Of a stretch of 64,000 nucleotides of DNA, positions 38,189 through 48,477 are shown in pieces. The notes under the pieces are model-generated. The model saw nothing but the letters and a program-made list of their open reading frames with translations. It ran no database searches and was not told where the DNA came from. Within the stretch, counting starts at the first letter, position 1. The number at the start of each line of letters is the position of its first letter. Source of the stretch: Escherichia coli (GTDB taxonomy: Bacteria > Pseudomonadota > Gammaproteobacteria > Enterobacterales > Enterobacteriaceae); the NCBI RefSeq assembly GCF_044324785.1, contig NZ_CP172127.1; one strand, given 5' to 3'. A program made the position numbers and the translations under genes.

Positions 38189-39382
38189 TCAAATCTGCCG
38201 TAACTGCGCCTCAACATACAAATAGCCAATTCCCAGCACCTGTTGTGCGCGGCTTAATTGCCCAAAGCCAATCTGTGTCGCTTTCACGCTCGGTCCTTCG
38301 TCGCGGTCGAAAGGGTTAAATCCCGTCTGGCGAATGATGGTATTAAGCCAGTTCTCACCAAAGGCACAACTGCGACCGTACAACCAAATCTGATTAATAT
38401 TGAGGATGTTGAGGAAGTTATACAGACTCAAACCAATGGCGTTGGCAGAGCGATCAACCCAACTGGTGATCCACGGTTCTCCACTCTGCCAGGCAGCGAT
38501 TAACTGCGCAGTAGTCAGTTTTTCAGGATCAAGCTGAGTATTAACCGGTTGTGATTTTAGCCATACCCGCGCCTGTTTTTTTAATGCGCTTAACGAGGCG
38601 ACGGTTTCCAGGCAGCCATAACGTCCGCAGTCGCAGACGACGCCATCCGGATTAACGATGGTGTGACCAATCTGTCCGCTACCATACAAACTGCCGCGAT
38701 AAATTTGCTCGTTAATCACGAACGACGAGCCAATGCCGTAATCAACGTTGATCACGCAGAAATCCCGGCCCTGCGAATTATTTTGCCATTTCTCCGCCAG
38801 CGCCAGCATCACGCAGTCATTATCGACCATCACCCGAATGCCGAGCTTCTCTTCCAGCAGATACTTTACCTCAACCGGCGTTGTCCACGGTGCTTGCGGC
38901 ATGGTTTGCGACACGCCAGTCACCGGATCAACCTGACCGTGGATTGCCAGCGCCAGGTTGATGGTACGGTCCGGCCACAATTTACGGTGGCGATGCCAGC
39001 ATTTTTCGATTTCGGACAGCAGCGCCTGCGGCGTCGGTGCATCAATCTGTAAATACTCAAATTCACCTTTCGGACTTAAACAGGCGTTAGCGACCTGACA
39101 CTCAATACTGGTGGGCGTCACGTTCAGGCACAGCGTCCAGTCACCTTCCGGCGCAATCAGCCATGTACCGCTACTATGCCCGCGCGTCTGGCTTTCATCG
39201 TCGATATTCACCACCCGTTTTTCGCTTTCCAGTTCCTGCAAAATATTACTGACCGCCGGAATCGAAATTTGCGCCAGCCGGGCCAGGGTTGATTTATTGG
39301 CGCGCTTTTGCCGGTACAGCAGTTCCAGAATCACGCATTTGTTATGGTGGCGAATCTGTTGATTATTAATGCAGGCTCTCAT
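38189..39382 (-). CDS. yphH: ROK (NagC/Mlc)-family transcriptional regulator YphH, 397 aa
   Basis: ORF 38189..39388 (GTG); ATG (cat 39380-39382) gives MRACINNQQIRHH...; N-terminal HTH and ROK CxCGxxGC zinc motif. Confidence 0.85.
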   Translation of the reverse strand: MRACINNQQIRHHNKCVILELLYRQKRANKSTLARLAQISIPAVSNILQELESEKRVVNIDDESQTRGHSSGTWLIAPEGDWTLCLNVTPTSIECQVANACLSPKGEFEYLQIDAPTPQALLSEIEKCWHRHRKLWPDRTINLALAIHGQVDPVTGVSQTMPQAPWTTPVEVKYLLEEKLGIRVMVDNDCVMLALAEKWQNNSQGRDFCVINVDYGIGSSFVINEQIYRGSLYGSGQIGHTIVNPDGVVCDCGRYGCLETVASLSALKKQARVWLKSQPVNTQLDPEKLTTAQLIAAWQSGEPWITSWVDRSANAIGLSLYNFLNILNINQIWLYGRSCAFGENWLNTIIRQTGFNPFDRDEGPSVKATQIGFGQLSRAQQVLGIGYLYVEAQLRQI

Positions 39383-39499
39383 CTTCACTAAACCTTGTTT
39401 AGTTAATTGCGTGATTATTCCGCGAAAACATTGCCAGATTGTTCAATACACTGCCACAAATCTTTTAATTCAGTATGTCTTGTTAATATTGAGGGCACC

Positions 39500-42400
39500 A
39501 TGACTCCAGTAAAAGTGTGGCAAGAGCGCGTTGAGATCCCGACCTATGAAACCGGGCCGCAGGATATACATCCCATGTTCCTGGAAAATCGCGTTTATCA
39601 GGGATCGTCCGGCGCGGTTTATCCCTACGGCGTGACCGATACGCTGAGCGAGCAGAAAACCCTGAAATCCTGGCAGGCGGTGTGGCTGGAAAACGACTAC
39701 ATCAAAGTGATGATCCTGCCGGAACTGGGCGGTCGGGTGCATCGCGCGTGGGATAAAGTGAAACAGCGCGATTTTGTCTATCACAATGAAGTCATTAAAC
39801 CGGCGCTGGTGGGGCTGCTGGGACCGTGGATCTCCGGCGGGATTGAGTTTAACTGGCCGCAACACCATCGCCCGACCACCTTTATGCCCGTTGATTTCAC
39901 CCTCGAAGCCCATGAAGACGGCGCACAGACGGTGTGGGTAGGCGAAACGGAGCCGATGCATGGTTTACAGGTGATGACAGGTTTCACCCTGCGTCCTGAC
40001 CGGGCGGCGCTGGAAATCGCCAGCCGCGTCTATAACGGCAACGCCACGCCGCGTCATTTCTTGTGGTGGGCCAACCCGGCAGTGAAAGGGGGTGAAGGGC
40101 ATCAGAGCGTTTTCCCACCGGATGTGACTGCGGTGTTTGATCACGGCAAACGGGCCGTCTCTGCTTTCCCCATCGCCACCGGCACTTACTACAAAGTGGA
40201 CTACTCCGCTGGAGTGGACATTTCTCGCTATAAAAATGTGCCTGTTCCAACCTCATATATGGCTGAAAAATCACAGTACGATTTTGTTGGCGCGTGGTGT
40301 CACGATGAAGATGGCGGTTTGCTGCACGTTGCCAACCACCATATTGCGCCAGGTAAAAAACAGTGGAGTTGGGGACACAGTGAATTTGGCCAGGCGTGGG
40401 ATAAGAGTCTGACCGACAATAACGGCCCGTATATCGAACTGATGACTGGTATTTTTGCCGATAACCAGCCCGATTTTACCTGGCTTGATGCTTACGAAGA
40501 GAAGCGTTTCGAGCAGTATTTCCTGCCTTATCATTCTCTGGGCATGGTGCAAAATGCCTCCCGCGATGCGGTGATAAAACTCCAGCGTAGTGAGCGGGGG
40601 ATTGAGTGGGGGCTGTATGCCATCTCTCCGTTGAACGGATACCGCCTGGCGATCCGCGAAATCGGCAAATGCAACGCGTTACTTGATGATGCCGTGGCCT
40701 TGACACCAGCGACCGCCATCCAGGGCGTGTTGCACGGTATCAATCCTGAAAGGCTGACCATTGAGCTCTCCGATGCCGACGGCAATATTGTACTGAGTTA
40801 TCAGGAACATCAGCCGCAAGAGTTGCCGTTGCCGGACGTCGCCAAAGCGCCACTGGCAGCACAAGACATTACCAGTACAGATGAAGCCTGGTTTATCGGT
40901 CAGCATCTGGAGCAATATCATCACGCCAGCCGTTCACCGTTCGATTACTACCTGCGCGGCGTGGCGCTGGATCCGCTGGATTATCGCTGTAATCTGGCGC
41001 TGGCGATGCTGGAATATAACCGCGCAGATTTCCTGCAAGCGGTGGCGTATGCCACTCAGGCGCTGAAACGCGCACATGCGCTGAACAAAAATCCGCAGTG
41101 CGGACAGGCGAGTTTGATTCGCGCCAGTGCTTACGAACGTCAGGGGCAATATCAACAAGCCGAAGAGGATTTCTGGCGTGCGGTCTGGAGCGGCAACAGT
41201 AAAGCCGGTGGCTATTATGGTCTGGCACGGCTGGCGGCGCGTAATGGTCACGTCGACGCTGGTCTGGATTTTTGCCAACAAAGTCTTCGCGCCTGCCCAA
41301 CCAATCAGGAAGTGCTTTGCCTGCATAATCTGCTGCTGGTGTTAAGTGGTCGTCAGGACAACGCGCGTTTGCAGCGTGAGAAACTGCTGCGTGATTATCC
41401 GCTGAACGCCACTCTGTGGTGGCTGAACTGGTTCGATGGTCGTAGCGAATCAGCCCTCGCGCAGTGGCGCAGTCTGTGTCAGGGACGCGACGTTAACGCC
41501 CTGATGACCGCCGGGCAACTGATTAACTGGGGAATGCCCACCCTGGCGGCAGAGATGCTGAACGCACTGGACTGCCAGCGCACGCTGCCGCTTTACTTGC
41601 AAGCCAGCATGCTGCCGAAAGCTGAACGCGGCGAACTGGTCACAAAAGCCATTTATGTCTTCCCGCAGTTTGTCCGTTTCCCGAATACGCTGGAAGAAGT
41701 GGCGGCGCTGGAGAGTATTGAAGAGTGCTGGTTTGCCCGTCATTTACTGGCCTGCTTCTACTACAACAAGCGCAGCTACAACAAAGCCATTACTTTATGG
41801 CAACGTTGCGTAGAGATGTCGCCGGAGTTTGCCGACGGCTGGCGCGGGTTAGCGATCCATGCGTGGAATAAGCAACACGATTATGAGCTGGCCGCGCGTT
41901 ATCTTGATAATGCTTATCAGCTTGCTCCGCAGGATGCACGTCTGCTTTTCGAACGGGATTTGCTGGATAAGTTAAGCGGAGCCACACCGGAGAAACGACT
42001 GGCGCGTCTGGAAAATAATCTGGAAATTGCGCTGAAACGCGACGACATGACCGCAGAACTGCTCAATTTGTGGCATCTCACGGGTCAAGCAGACAAAGCG
42101 GCGGACATTCTCGCCACGCGCAAATTCCACCCGTGGGAAGGCGGGGAAGGGAAGGTCACCAGTCAGTTTATCCTCAACCAGTTATTACGCGCCTGGCAGC
42201 ATCTTGATGCCAGAGAGCCGCAGCAGGCCAGCGAACTGCTTCATGCCGCGCTGCATTATCCGGAGAATTTAAGCGAAGGCCGTTTACCGGGGCAAACTGA
42301 CAACGACATCTGGTTCTGGCAGGCGATATGCGCCAACGCGCAGGGTGATGAAACTGAAGCGACGCGTTGTTTACGTCTGGCGGCGACTGGCGATCGCACC

Positions 42401-42781
42401 ATTAACATTCACAGTTATTACAACGATCAGCCGGTTGATTATCTCTTCTGGCAAGGAATGGCGCTGCGACTGCTGGGCGAACAACAAATCGCACAGCAAC
42501 TGTTTAGTGAAATGAAACAGTGGGCGCAAGAGATGGCGAAAACCAGTATCGAGGCGGATTTCTTTGCTGTTTCACAACCTGACCTGTTGTCGCTGTATGG
42601 CGATTTACAACAGCAGCATAAAGAAAAATGCCTGATGGTGGCGATGCTGGCGTCCGCGGGACTAGGGGAGGTTGCGCAATATGAATCTGCTCGTGCTGAA
42701 TTGACGGCGATTAATCCGGCCTGGCCGAAAGCAGCATTATTCACCACCGTGATGCCTTTTATTTTTAACCGCGTTCACTAA
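39500..42781 (+). CDS. yphG: Large TPR-repeat protein YphG (start uncertain: ATG 39500 with GAGGG RBS, or TTG 39407)
   Basis: Continuous ORF 39407..42781 (1124 codons from TTG, 1093 from ATG); TPR-like repeats in the C-terminal two-thirds. Confidence 0.8.
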   Translation: MTPVKVWQERVEIPTYETGPQDIHPMFLENRVYQGSSGAVYPYGVTDTLSEQKTLKSWQAVWLENDYIKVMILPELGGRVHRAWDKVKQRDFVYHNEVIKPALVGLLGPWISGGIEFNWPQHHRPTTFMPVDFTLEAHEDGAQTVWVGETEPMHGLQVMTGFTLRPDRAALEIASRVYNGNATPRHFLWWANPAVKGGEGHQSVFPPDVTAVFDHGKRAVSAFPIATGTYYKVDYSAGVDISRYKNVPVPTSYMAEKSQYDFVGAWCHDEDGGLLHVANHHIAPGKKQWSWGHSEFGQAWDKSLTDNNGPYIELMTGIFADNQPDFTWLDAYEEKRFEQYFLPYHSLGMVQNASRDAVIKLQRSERGIEWGLYAISPLNGYRLAIREIGKCNALLDDAVALTPATAIQGVLHGINPERLTIELSDADGNIVLSYQEHQPQELPLPDVAKAPLAAQDITSTDEAWFIGQHLEQYHHASRSPFDYYLRGVALDPLDYRCNLALAMLEYNRADFLQAVAYATQALKRAHALNKNPQCGQASLIRASAYERQGQYQQAEEDFWRAVWSGNSKAGGYYGLARLAARNGHVDAGLDFCQQSLRACPTNQEVLCLHNLLLVLSGRQDNARLQREKLLRDYPLNATLWWLNWFDGRSESALAQWRSLCQGRDVNALMTAGQLINWGMPTLAAEMLNALDCQRTLPLYLQASMLPKAERGELVTKAIYVFPQFVRFPNTLEEVAALESIEECWFARHLLACFYYNKRSYNKAITLWQRCVEMSPEFADGWRGLAIHAWNKQHDYELAARYLDNAYQLAPQDARLLFERDLLDKLSGATPEKRLARLENNLEIALKRDDMTAELLNLWHLTGQADKAADILATRKFHPWEGGEGKVTSQFILNQLLRAWQHLDAREPQQASELLHAALHYPENLSEGRLPGQTDNDIWFWQAICANAQGDETEATRCLRLAATGDRTINIHSYYNDQPVDYLFWQGMALRLLGEQQIAQQLFSEMKQWAQEMAKTSIEADFFAVSQPDLLSLYGDLQQQHKEKCLMVAMLASAGLGEVAQYESARAELTAINPAWPKAALFTTVMPFIFNRVH

Positions 42782-42797
42782 ACCTTATTAACTGTAA

Positions 42798-42834
42798 TAT
42801 TTGAGCGGCACGCGCTGCCGCTCACGCTCAAATA
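42798..42834. other. Nested inverted repeat between yphG and yphF
   Basis: TATTTGAGCG...CGCTCAAATA outer arms with inner GAGCGGCA/TGCCGCTC arms; 17 nt after the yphG stop. Confidence 0.5.
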
Positions 42835-42877
42835 ATTAAAATAAGCCGTTGTAAATAAAAACCCTACAGGAGGCACT

Positions 42878-43861
42878 ATGCCTAAAAAAATGAGAACAAC
42901 CCGTAATCTATTATTAATGGCTACGCTATTAGGTAGCGCACTATTCGCCAGGGCTGCGGATAAAGAAATGACCATTGGCGCAATATACCTTGATACCCAG
43001 GGATATTACGCTGGCGTGCGTCAGGGCGTTCAGGATGCGGCAAAAGATTCTTCAGTACAGGTACAGTTAATTGAAACTAACGCCCAGGGTGATATTTCGA
43101 AAGAAAGTACCTTTGTTGATACCCTCGTGGCGCGTAATGTCGATGCCATTATTTTATCGGCAGTGTCTGAAAATGGCAGTAGCCGTACCGTTCGTCGCGC
43201 CAGTGAAGCGGGTATTCCGGTGATTTGCTACAACACCTGTATTAATCAAAAAGGCGTCGATAAATATGTCTCGGCGTATCTGGTCGGCGATCCGCTGGAA
43301 TTTGGTAAAAAACTGGGTAACGCTGCCGCCGATTATTTTATTGCCAACAAAATTGACCAGCCGAAAATTGCCGTTATCAATTGCGAAGCCTTTGAAGTTT
43401 GTGTGCAACGACGTAAAGGGTTTGAAGAAGTATTAAAAGCCCGCGTTCCCGGCGCGCAAATTGTCGCTAATCAGGAAGGGACTGTTTTAGATAAAGCGAT
43501 TTCCGTTGGTGAAAAACTAATTATCTCCACGCCGGATCTCAACGCCATTATGGGCGAATCGGGCGGTGCGACACTCGGCGCGGTAAAAGCGGTACGTAAT
43601 CAAAATCAGGCCGGAAAAATTGCTGTTTTCGGTTCTGATATGACCACTGAAATTGCTCAGGAGCTGGAAAACAACCAGGTGCTGAAAGCGGTGGTGGATA
43701 TTTCCGGTAAGAAAATGGGCAATGCTGTTTTCGCGCAAACTTTGAAGGTTATCAATAAACAAGCCGACGGTGAAAAAGTGATTCAGGTGCCTATCGATCT
43801 CTATACCAAAACGGAAGACGGTAAACAGTGGCTGGCAACGCACGTTGATGGTCTGCCCTAA
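42878..43861 (+). CDS. yphF: ABC transporter periplasmic sugar-binding protein YphF
   Basis: 327 aa with signal peptide; AGGAGG RBS. Confidence 0.9.
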   Translation: MPKKMRTTRNLLLMATLLGSALFARAADKEMTIGAIYLDTQGYYAGVRQGVQDAAKDSSVQVQLIETNAQGDISKESTFVDTLVARNVDAIILSAVSENGSSRTVRRASEAGIPVICYNTCINQKGVDKYVSAYLVGDPLEFGKKLGNAAADYFIANKIDQPKIAVINCEAFEVCVQRRKGFEEVLKARVPGAQIVANQEGTVLDKAISVGEKLIISTPDLNAIMGESGGATLGAVKAVRNQNQAGKIAVFGSDMTTEIAQELENNQVLKAVVDISGKKMGNAVFAQTLKVINKQADGEKVIQVPIDLYTKTEDGKQWLATHVDGLP

Positions 43862-43883
43862 TCGCTGATTCGCAGAGGTCCCT

Positions 43884-45395
43884 ATGTTCACGGCAACAGA
43901 GGCAGTCCCGGTAGCAAAAGTGGTGGCAGGAAATAAGCGTTATCCCGGCGTCGTTGCGTTGGATAACGTTAACTTCACGCTCAATAAAGGCGAAGTTCGT
44001 GCGCTGTTAGGCAAAAACGGCGCGGGCAAATCGACCCTCATTCGAATGCTTACCGGTAGCGAACGTCCGGATAGCGGTGATATCTGGATTGGCGAGACGT
44101 GACTGGAAGGTGACGAAGCTACGCTGACTCGCCGTGCCGCTGAACTGGGGGTACGCGCGGTTTATCAGGAGTTAAGTCTGGTGGAAGGGCTGACGGTGGC
44201 GGAAAACCTCTGCCTCGGTCAATGGCCCCGCCGCAACGGCATGATTGATTACCCGCAAATGGCGCAGGATGCCCAACGTTGCTTACTGGCGCTGGGCGTT
44301 GACGTTAGTCCTGAACAACTTGTTTCAACACTAAGCCCGGCGCAAAAGCAGCTGGTGGAAATTGCGCGGGTGATGAAAGGCGAGCCGCGCGTGGTCATTC
44401 TTGATGAACCTACCAGTTCGCTTGCCAGTGCGGAAGTTGAACTGGTGATCAGCGCGGTTAAAAAGATGTCGGCACTGGGCGTGGCGGTGATTTATGTCAG
44501 CCACCGGATGGAAGAAATTCGCCGCATTGCCTCCTGTGCCACCGTTATGCGCGATGGTCAGGTGGCGGGCGATGTGATGCTCGAAAACACCTCCACGCAT
44601 CATATTGTGTCGCTAATGCTCGGGCGCGATCACGTTGATATTGCGCCGGTTTCCCCTCAGGAAATTGTCGATCAGGCCGTGCTGGAAGTCCGTGCGTTAC
44701 GCCATAAGCCCAAGCTGGAGGATATCAGCTTTACGCTCCGTCGTGGCGAAGTACTCGGCATTGCTGGCCTGCTGGGGGCAGGGCGCAGTGAATTGTTGAA
44801 AGCCATAGTTGGGCTGGATACGTATGAACAGGGCGAAATTGTTATCAACGGCGAGAAAATCACGCGCCCCGATTACGGCGACATGCTGAAACGCGGCATT
44901 GGCTATACGCCAGAAAACCGCAAAGAAGCGGGGATCATTCCCTGGCTGGGCGTTGACGAAAATACGGTGCTGACCAATCGGCAAAAAATCAGCGCCAACG
45001 GTGTGCTGCAATGGTCCACCATCCGCCGCCTGACCGAAGAGGTGATGCAGCGGATGACGGTCAAGGCCGCCAGTAGCGAAACGCCCATCGGCACGCTTTC
45101 TGGCGGCAATCAGCAAAAAGTGGTGATCGGTCGTTGGGTCTATGCCGCCAGCCAGATTTTGTTGCTCGACGAGCCAACGCGTGGCGTCGATATCGAAGCC
45201 AAACAGCAGATTTACCGTATTGTCCGCGAGCTGGCTGCCGAAGGAAAAAGCGTGGTGTTTATCTCCAGTGAAGTGGAGGAGTTGCCGCTGGTGTGTGACC
45301 GCATCCTGTTATTACAGCACGGCACGTTCTCGCAGGAGTTTCACGCTCCGGTCAATGTGGATGAGCTGATGTCCGCCATTCTGTCTGTGCACTGA
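43884..45395 (+). pseudogene. yphE: Sugar ABC transporter ATP-binding protein YphE interrupted by an in-frame TGA at codon 73 (44100-44102)
   Basis: ORF-track entries 43884..44102 (72 aa, Walker [10 protein letters not shown]) and 44181..45395 (404 aa) are in the same frame; the only break is TGA 44100-44102; 72+1+430 codons = 503, the recalled intact YphE length. Confidence 0.85.
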
Positions 45396-45419
45396 TGAAT
45401 TTTACCGAGGAACCTGAAG

Positions 45420-46418
45420 ATGTCTGCTTCGTCATTACCATTGCCGCAGGGCAAGAGCGTCTCGCTCAAACAATTTGTCAGTCGCCATATTAATGAGATC
45501 GGTTTGCTGGTGGTGATTGCCATTCTTTATCTGGTCTTCTCCCTGAACGCGCCTGGCTTTATCTCATTGAATAACCAGATGAACGTGCTGCGCGATGCCG
45601 CCACCATCGGGATCGCCGCCTGGGCGATGACGCTGATTATTATCTCTGGTGAAATTGATGTCAGCGTTGGGCCGATGGTGGCTTTTGTCTCGGTGTGCCT
45701 GGCATTTTTGCTGCAATTTGAAGTTCCGCTGGCGGTGGCGTGTCTGCTGGTGTTGCTGTTAGGCGCGCTGATGGGAACGCTGGCCGGGGTGCTGCGCGGC
45801 GTGTTTAACGTACCAAGTTTCGTGGCCACGCTGGGGCTGTGGAGCGCCCTGCGCGGAATGGGGCTGTTTATGACCAACGCACTGCCAGTGCCGATTGACG
45901 AAAATGAGGTGTTGGACTGGTTGGGGGGACAATTTCTCGGTGTGCCGGTATCTGCGCTGATCATGATGGTGCTGTTTGCGCTGTTTGTGTTCATTAGCCG
46001 CAAAACCGCCTTCGGGCGCTCGGTTTTTGCCGTTGGCGGTAATGCCACGGCGGCGCAGTTATGCGGTATTAACGTTCGTCGGGTACGCATTCTTATTTTT
46101 ACCCTTTCGGGATTATTAGCAGCGGTGACCGGCATTTTGTTGGCGGCGCGCCTCGGTTCTGGTAACGCAGGTGCGGCAAACGGTCTGGAGTTTGACGTCA
46201 TCGCCGCGGTCGTGGTCGGCGGTACGGCACTTTCCGGCGGTCGCGGTTCCCTGTTCGGTACATTGCTTGGTGTGCTGGTGATTACGCTAATCGGTAACGG
46301 TCTGGTGCTGCTCGGTATTAACTCCTTTTTCCAGCAGGTGGTACGCGGCGTCATCATCGTGGTGGCGGTGCTGGCGAATATCTTGCTGACCCAGCGAAGC
46401 AGTAAAGCGAAACGCTAA
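45420..46418 (+). CDS. yphD: ABC transporter permease YphD
   Basis: 332 aa multi-TM permease (ribose/xylose-type); RBS GAGG. Confidence 0.9.
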   Translation: MSASSLPLPQGKSVSLKQFVSRHINEIGLLVVIAILYLVFSLNAPGFISLNNQMNVLRDAATIGIAAWAMTLIIISGEIDVSVGPMVAFVSVCLAFLLQFEVPLAVACLLVLLLGALMGTLAGVLRGVFNVPSFVATLGLWSALRGMGLFMTNALPVPIDENEVLDWLGGQFLGVPVSALIMMVLFALFVFISRKTAFGRSVFAVGGNATAAQLCGINVRRVRILIFTLSGLLAAVTGILLAARLGSGNAGAANGLEFDVIAAVVVGGTALSGGRGSLFGTLLGVLVITLIGNGLVLLGINSFFQQVVRGVIIVVAVLANILLTQRSSKAKR

Positions 46419-46483
46419 ACCTTAACGCCCCTGGCGCGGGTGCGGCAGGGATGAAAATTAATCGTATTGTTAATGAGGGATTT

Positions 46484-47545
46484 ATGAAAACGATGCTGGC
46501 AGCTTATTTACCAGGAAATTCGACCGTCGATCTGCGGGAAGTTGCGGTGCCGACGCCGGGGATTAACCAGGTACTGATCAAAATGAAATCCTCCGGAATT
46601 TGCGGAAGCGATGTCCACTATATCTACCACCAGCACCGCGCTACGGCGGCGGCACCCGATAAACCGTTATACCAGGGATTTATCAACGGTCATGAACCGT
46701 GCGGGCAAATTGTGGCGATGGGGCAAGGCTGCCGCCATTTTAAAGAGGGCGACCGTGTGCTGGTGTATCATATTTCTGGCTGTGGTTTTTGCCCGAACTG
46801 CCGTCGTGGTTTTCCTATCTCTTGTACTGGCGAAGGAAAAGCGGCTTACGGCTGGCAGCGTGACGGCGGCCATGCTGAATACCTGCTGGCGGAAGAAAAA
46901 GATCTGATCCTGCTCCCGGACGCGCTGAGCTATGAAGATGGTGCGTTTATCAGTTGCGGCGTTGGTACAGCGTATGAAGGGATTTTGCGCGGCGAAGTTT
47001 CCGGCAGTGATAACGTGCTGGTGGTCGGTCTGGGGCCGGTCGGCATGATGGCGATGATGCTGGCGAAAGGTCGCGGTGCAAAACGGATCATCGGCGTTGA
47101 TATGCTGCCGGAACGTCTGGCGATGGCAAAACAGTTAGGGGTGATGGATCACGGCTATTTAGCGACCACCGAAGGTCTGCCGCAGATAATTGCTGAACTT
47201 ACCCACGGTGGCGCGGATGTTGCGCTCGATTGTTCTGGTAATGCCGCAGGTCGCTTGCTGGCACTGCGATCCACCGCTGACTGGGGACGGGTGGTTTACA
47301 TCGGAGAAACCGGAAAAGTGGAGTTCGAGGTCAGCGCCGATCTGATGCACCATCAACGGCGGATTATCGGCTCCTGGGTGACCAGTCTGTTCCATATGGA
47401 AAAATGCGCCCATGATCTGACGGACTGGAAACTGTGGCCGCGTAACGCCATTACCCATCGCTTCACGCTGGAACAGGCAGGTGATGCCTATGCGCTGATG
47501 GCGAGCGGCAAATGCGGGAAAGTTGTGATTAACTTCCCGGATTAA
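46484..47545 (+). CDS. yphC: Zinc-dependent alcohol/sugar dehydrogenase YphC, 353 aa
   Basis: ORF 46451..47545; ATG 46484 after GAGGGA; MDR motifs GHEPCG and GLGPVG. Confidence 0.85.
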   Translation: MKTMLAAYLPGNSTVDLREVAVPTPGINQVLIKMKSSGICGSDVHYIYHQHRATAAAPDKPLYQGFINGHEPCGQIVAMGQGCRHFKEGDRVLVYHISGCGFCPNCRRGFPISCTGEGKAAYGWQRDGGHAEYLLAEEKDLILLPDALSYEDGAFISCGVGTAYEGILRGEVSGSDNVLVVGLGPVGMMAMMLAKGRGAKRIIGVDMLPERLAMAKQLGVMDHGYLATTEGLPQIIAELTHGGADVALDCSGNAAGRLLALRSTADWGRVVYIGETGKVEFEVSADLMHHQRRIIGSWVTSLFHMEKCAHDLTDWKLWPRNAITHRFTLEQAGDAYALMASGKCGKVVINFPD

Positions 47546-47556
47546 GGAGTTAGCGG

Positions 47557-48429
47557 ATGACCATCTATACCTTGTCCCACGGGTCGCTAAAGCTGGGCGT
47601 TTCTGACCAGGGCGGCGTAATCGAAGGCTTCTGGCGCGATACGACGCCGCTCTTACGTCCTGGTAAAAAAAGCGGTGTGGCAACCGATGCCTCTTGTTTT
47701 CCGCTGGTGCCATTTGCAAACCGGGTGAGCGGCAACCGTTTTGTCTGGCAGGGGCGTGAGTATCAACTGCAACCGAATGTTGAGTGGGATGCGCACTATC
47801 TGCACGGCGACGGCTGGCTGGGGCAGTGGCAATGTGTCTCGCGCAGCGAAGATAGCTTGTGTCTGGTGTATGAACATCGCAGCGGTGTTTATCACTATCG
47901 GGTAAGTCAGGCGTTTCATTTAACGGCGGATACGCTGACGGTGACGCTCTCTGTCACCAATCAAGGGGCAGAGACGCTGCCATTTGGTACCGGCTGGCAT
48001 CCTTATTTTCCGTTGTCACCACAAACGCGGATTCAGGCGCAGGCGAGCGGTTACTGGCTGGAGCGGGAGCAGTGGCTGGCGGGTGAGTTTTGCGAGCAGC
48101 TACCGCAGGAGCTGGATTTCAACCAGCTCGCGCCGTTGCCGCACCAGTGGGTAAACAATGGCTTTGCCGGATGGAATGGTCAGGCCCGCATCGAGCAGCC
48201 GCAGGAGGGTTATGCCATCATCATGGAAACGACGCCACCTGCACCATGTTATTTCATCTTTGTTTCCGACCCGGCGTTTGATAAAGGATATGCGTTTGAT
48301 TTCTTCTGTCTGGAACCGATGAGCCATGCGCCGGATGACCATCATCGCCCGGAAGGGGGTGATCTCATTGCGCTTGCACCAGGGGAATCAACAACTTCAG
48401 AGATGTCGTTGCGGGTTGCGTTACTGTAA
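47557..48429 (+). CDS. yphB: Aldose 1-epimerase-family protein YphB
   Basis: 290 aa; ORF-track match, RBS AAGGAG. Confidence 0.85.
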   Translation: MTIYTLSHGSLKLGVSDQGGVIEGFWRDTTPLLRPGKKSGVATDASCFPLVPFANRVSGNRFVWQGREYQLQPNVEWDAHYLHGDGWLGQWQCVSRSEDSLCLVYEHRSGVYHYRVSQAFHLTADTLTVTLSVTNQGAETLPFGTGWHPYFPLSPQTRIQAQASGYWLEREQWLAGEFCEQLPQELDFNQLAPLPHQWVNNGFAGWNGQARIEQPQEGYAIIMETTPPAPCYFIFVSDPAFDKGYAFDFFCLEPMSHAPDDHHRPEGGDLIALAPGESTTSEMSLRVALL

Positions 48430-48437
48430 TTTATAAA

Positions 48438-48477
48438 ATGCCGGATAAGGCGTTCACGCCGCATCCGGCATGTTTTT
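48438..48477. repeat. REP-type palindrome between yphB and yphA, also serving as terminator
   Basis: ATGCCGGAT aaggcgttcacgccgc ATCCGGCAT followed by GTTTTT. Confidence 0.75.

Noticed and set aside
44100-44102. yphE TGA as a possible selenocysteine codon
   Set aside because: ABC ATPases are not known selenoproteins, the corresponding position is expected to be a sense codon in the intact protein, and I see no SECIS-like hairpin immediately downstream.
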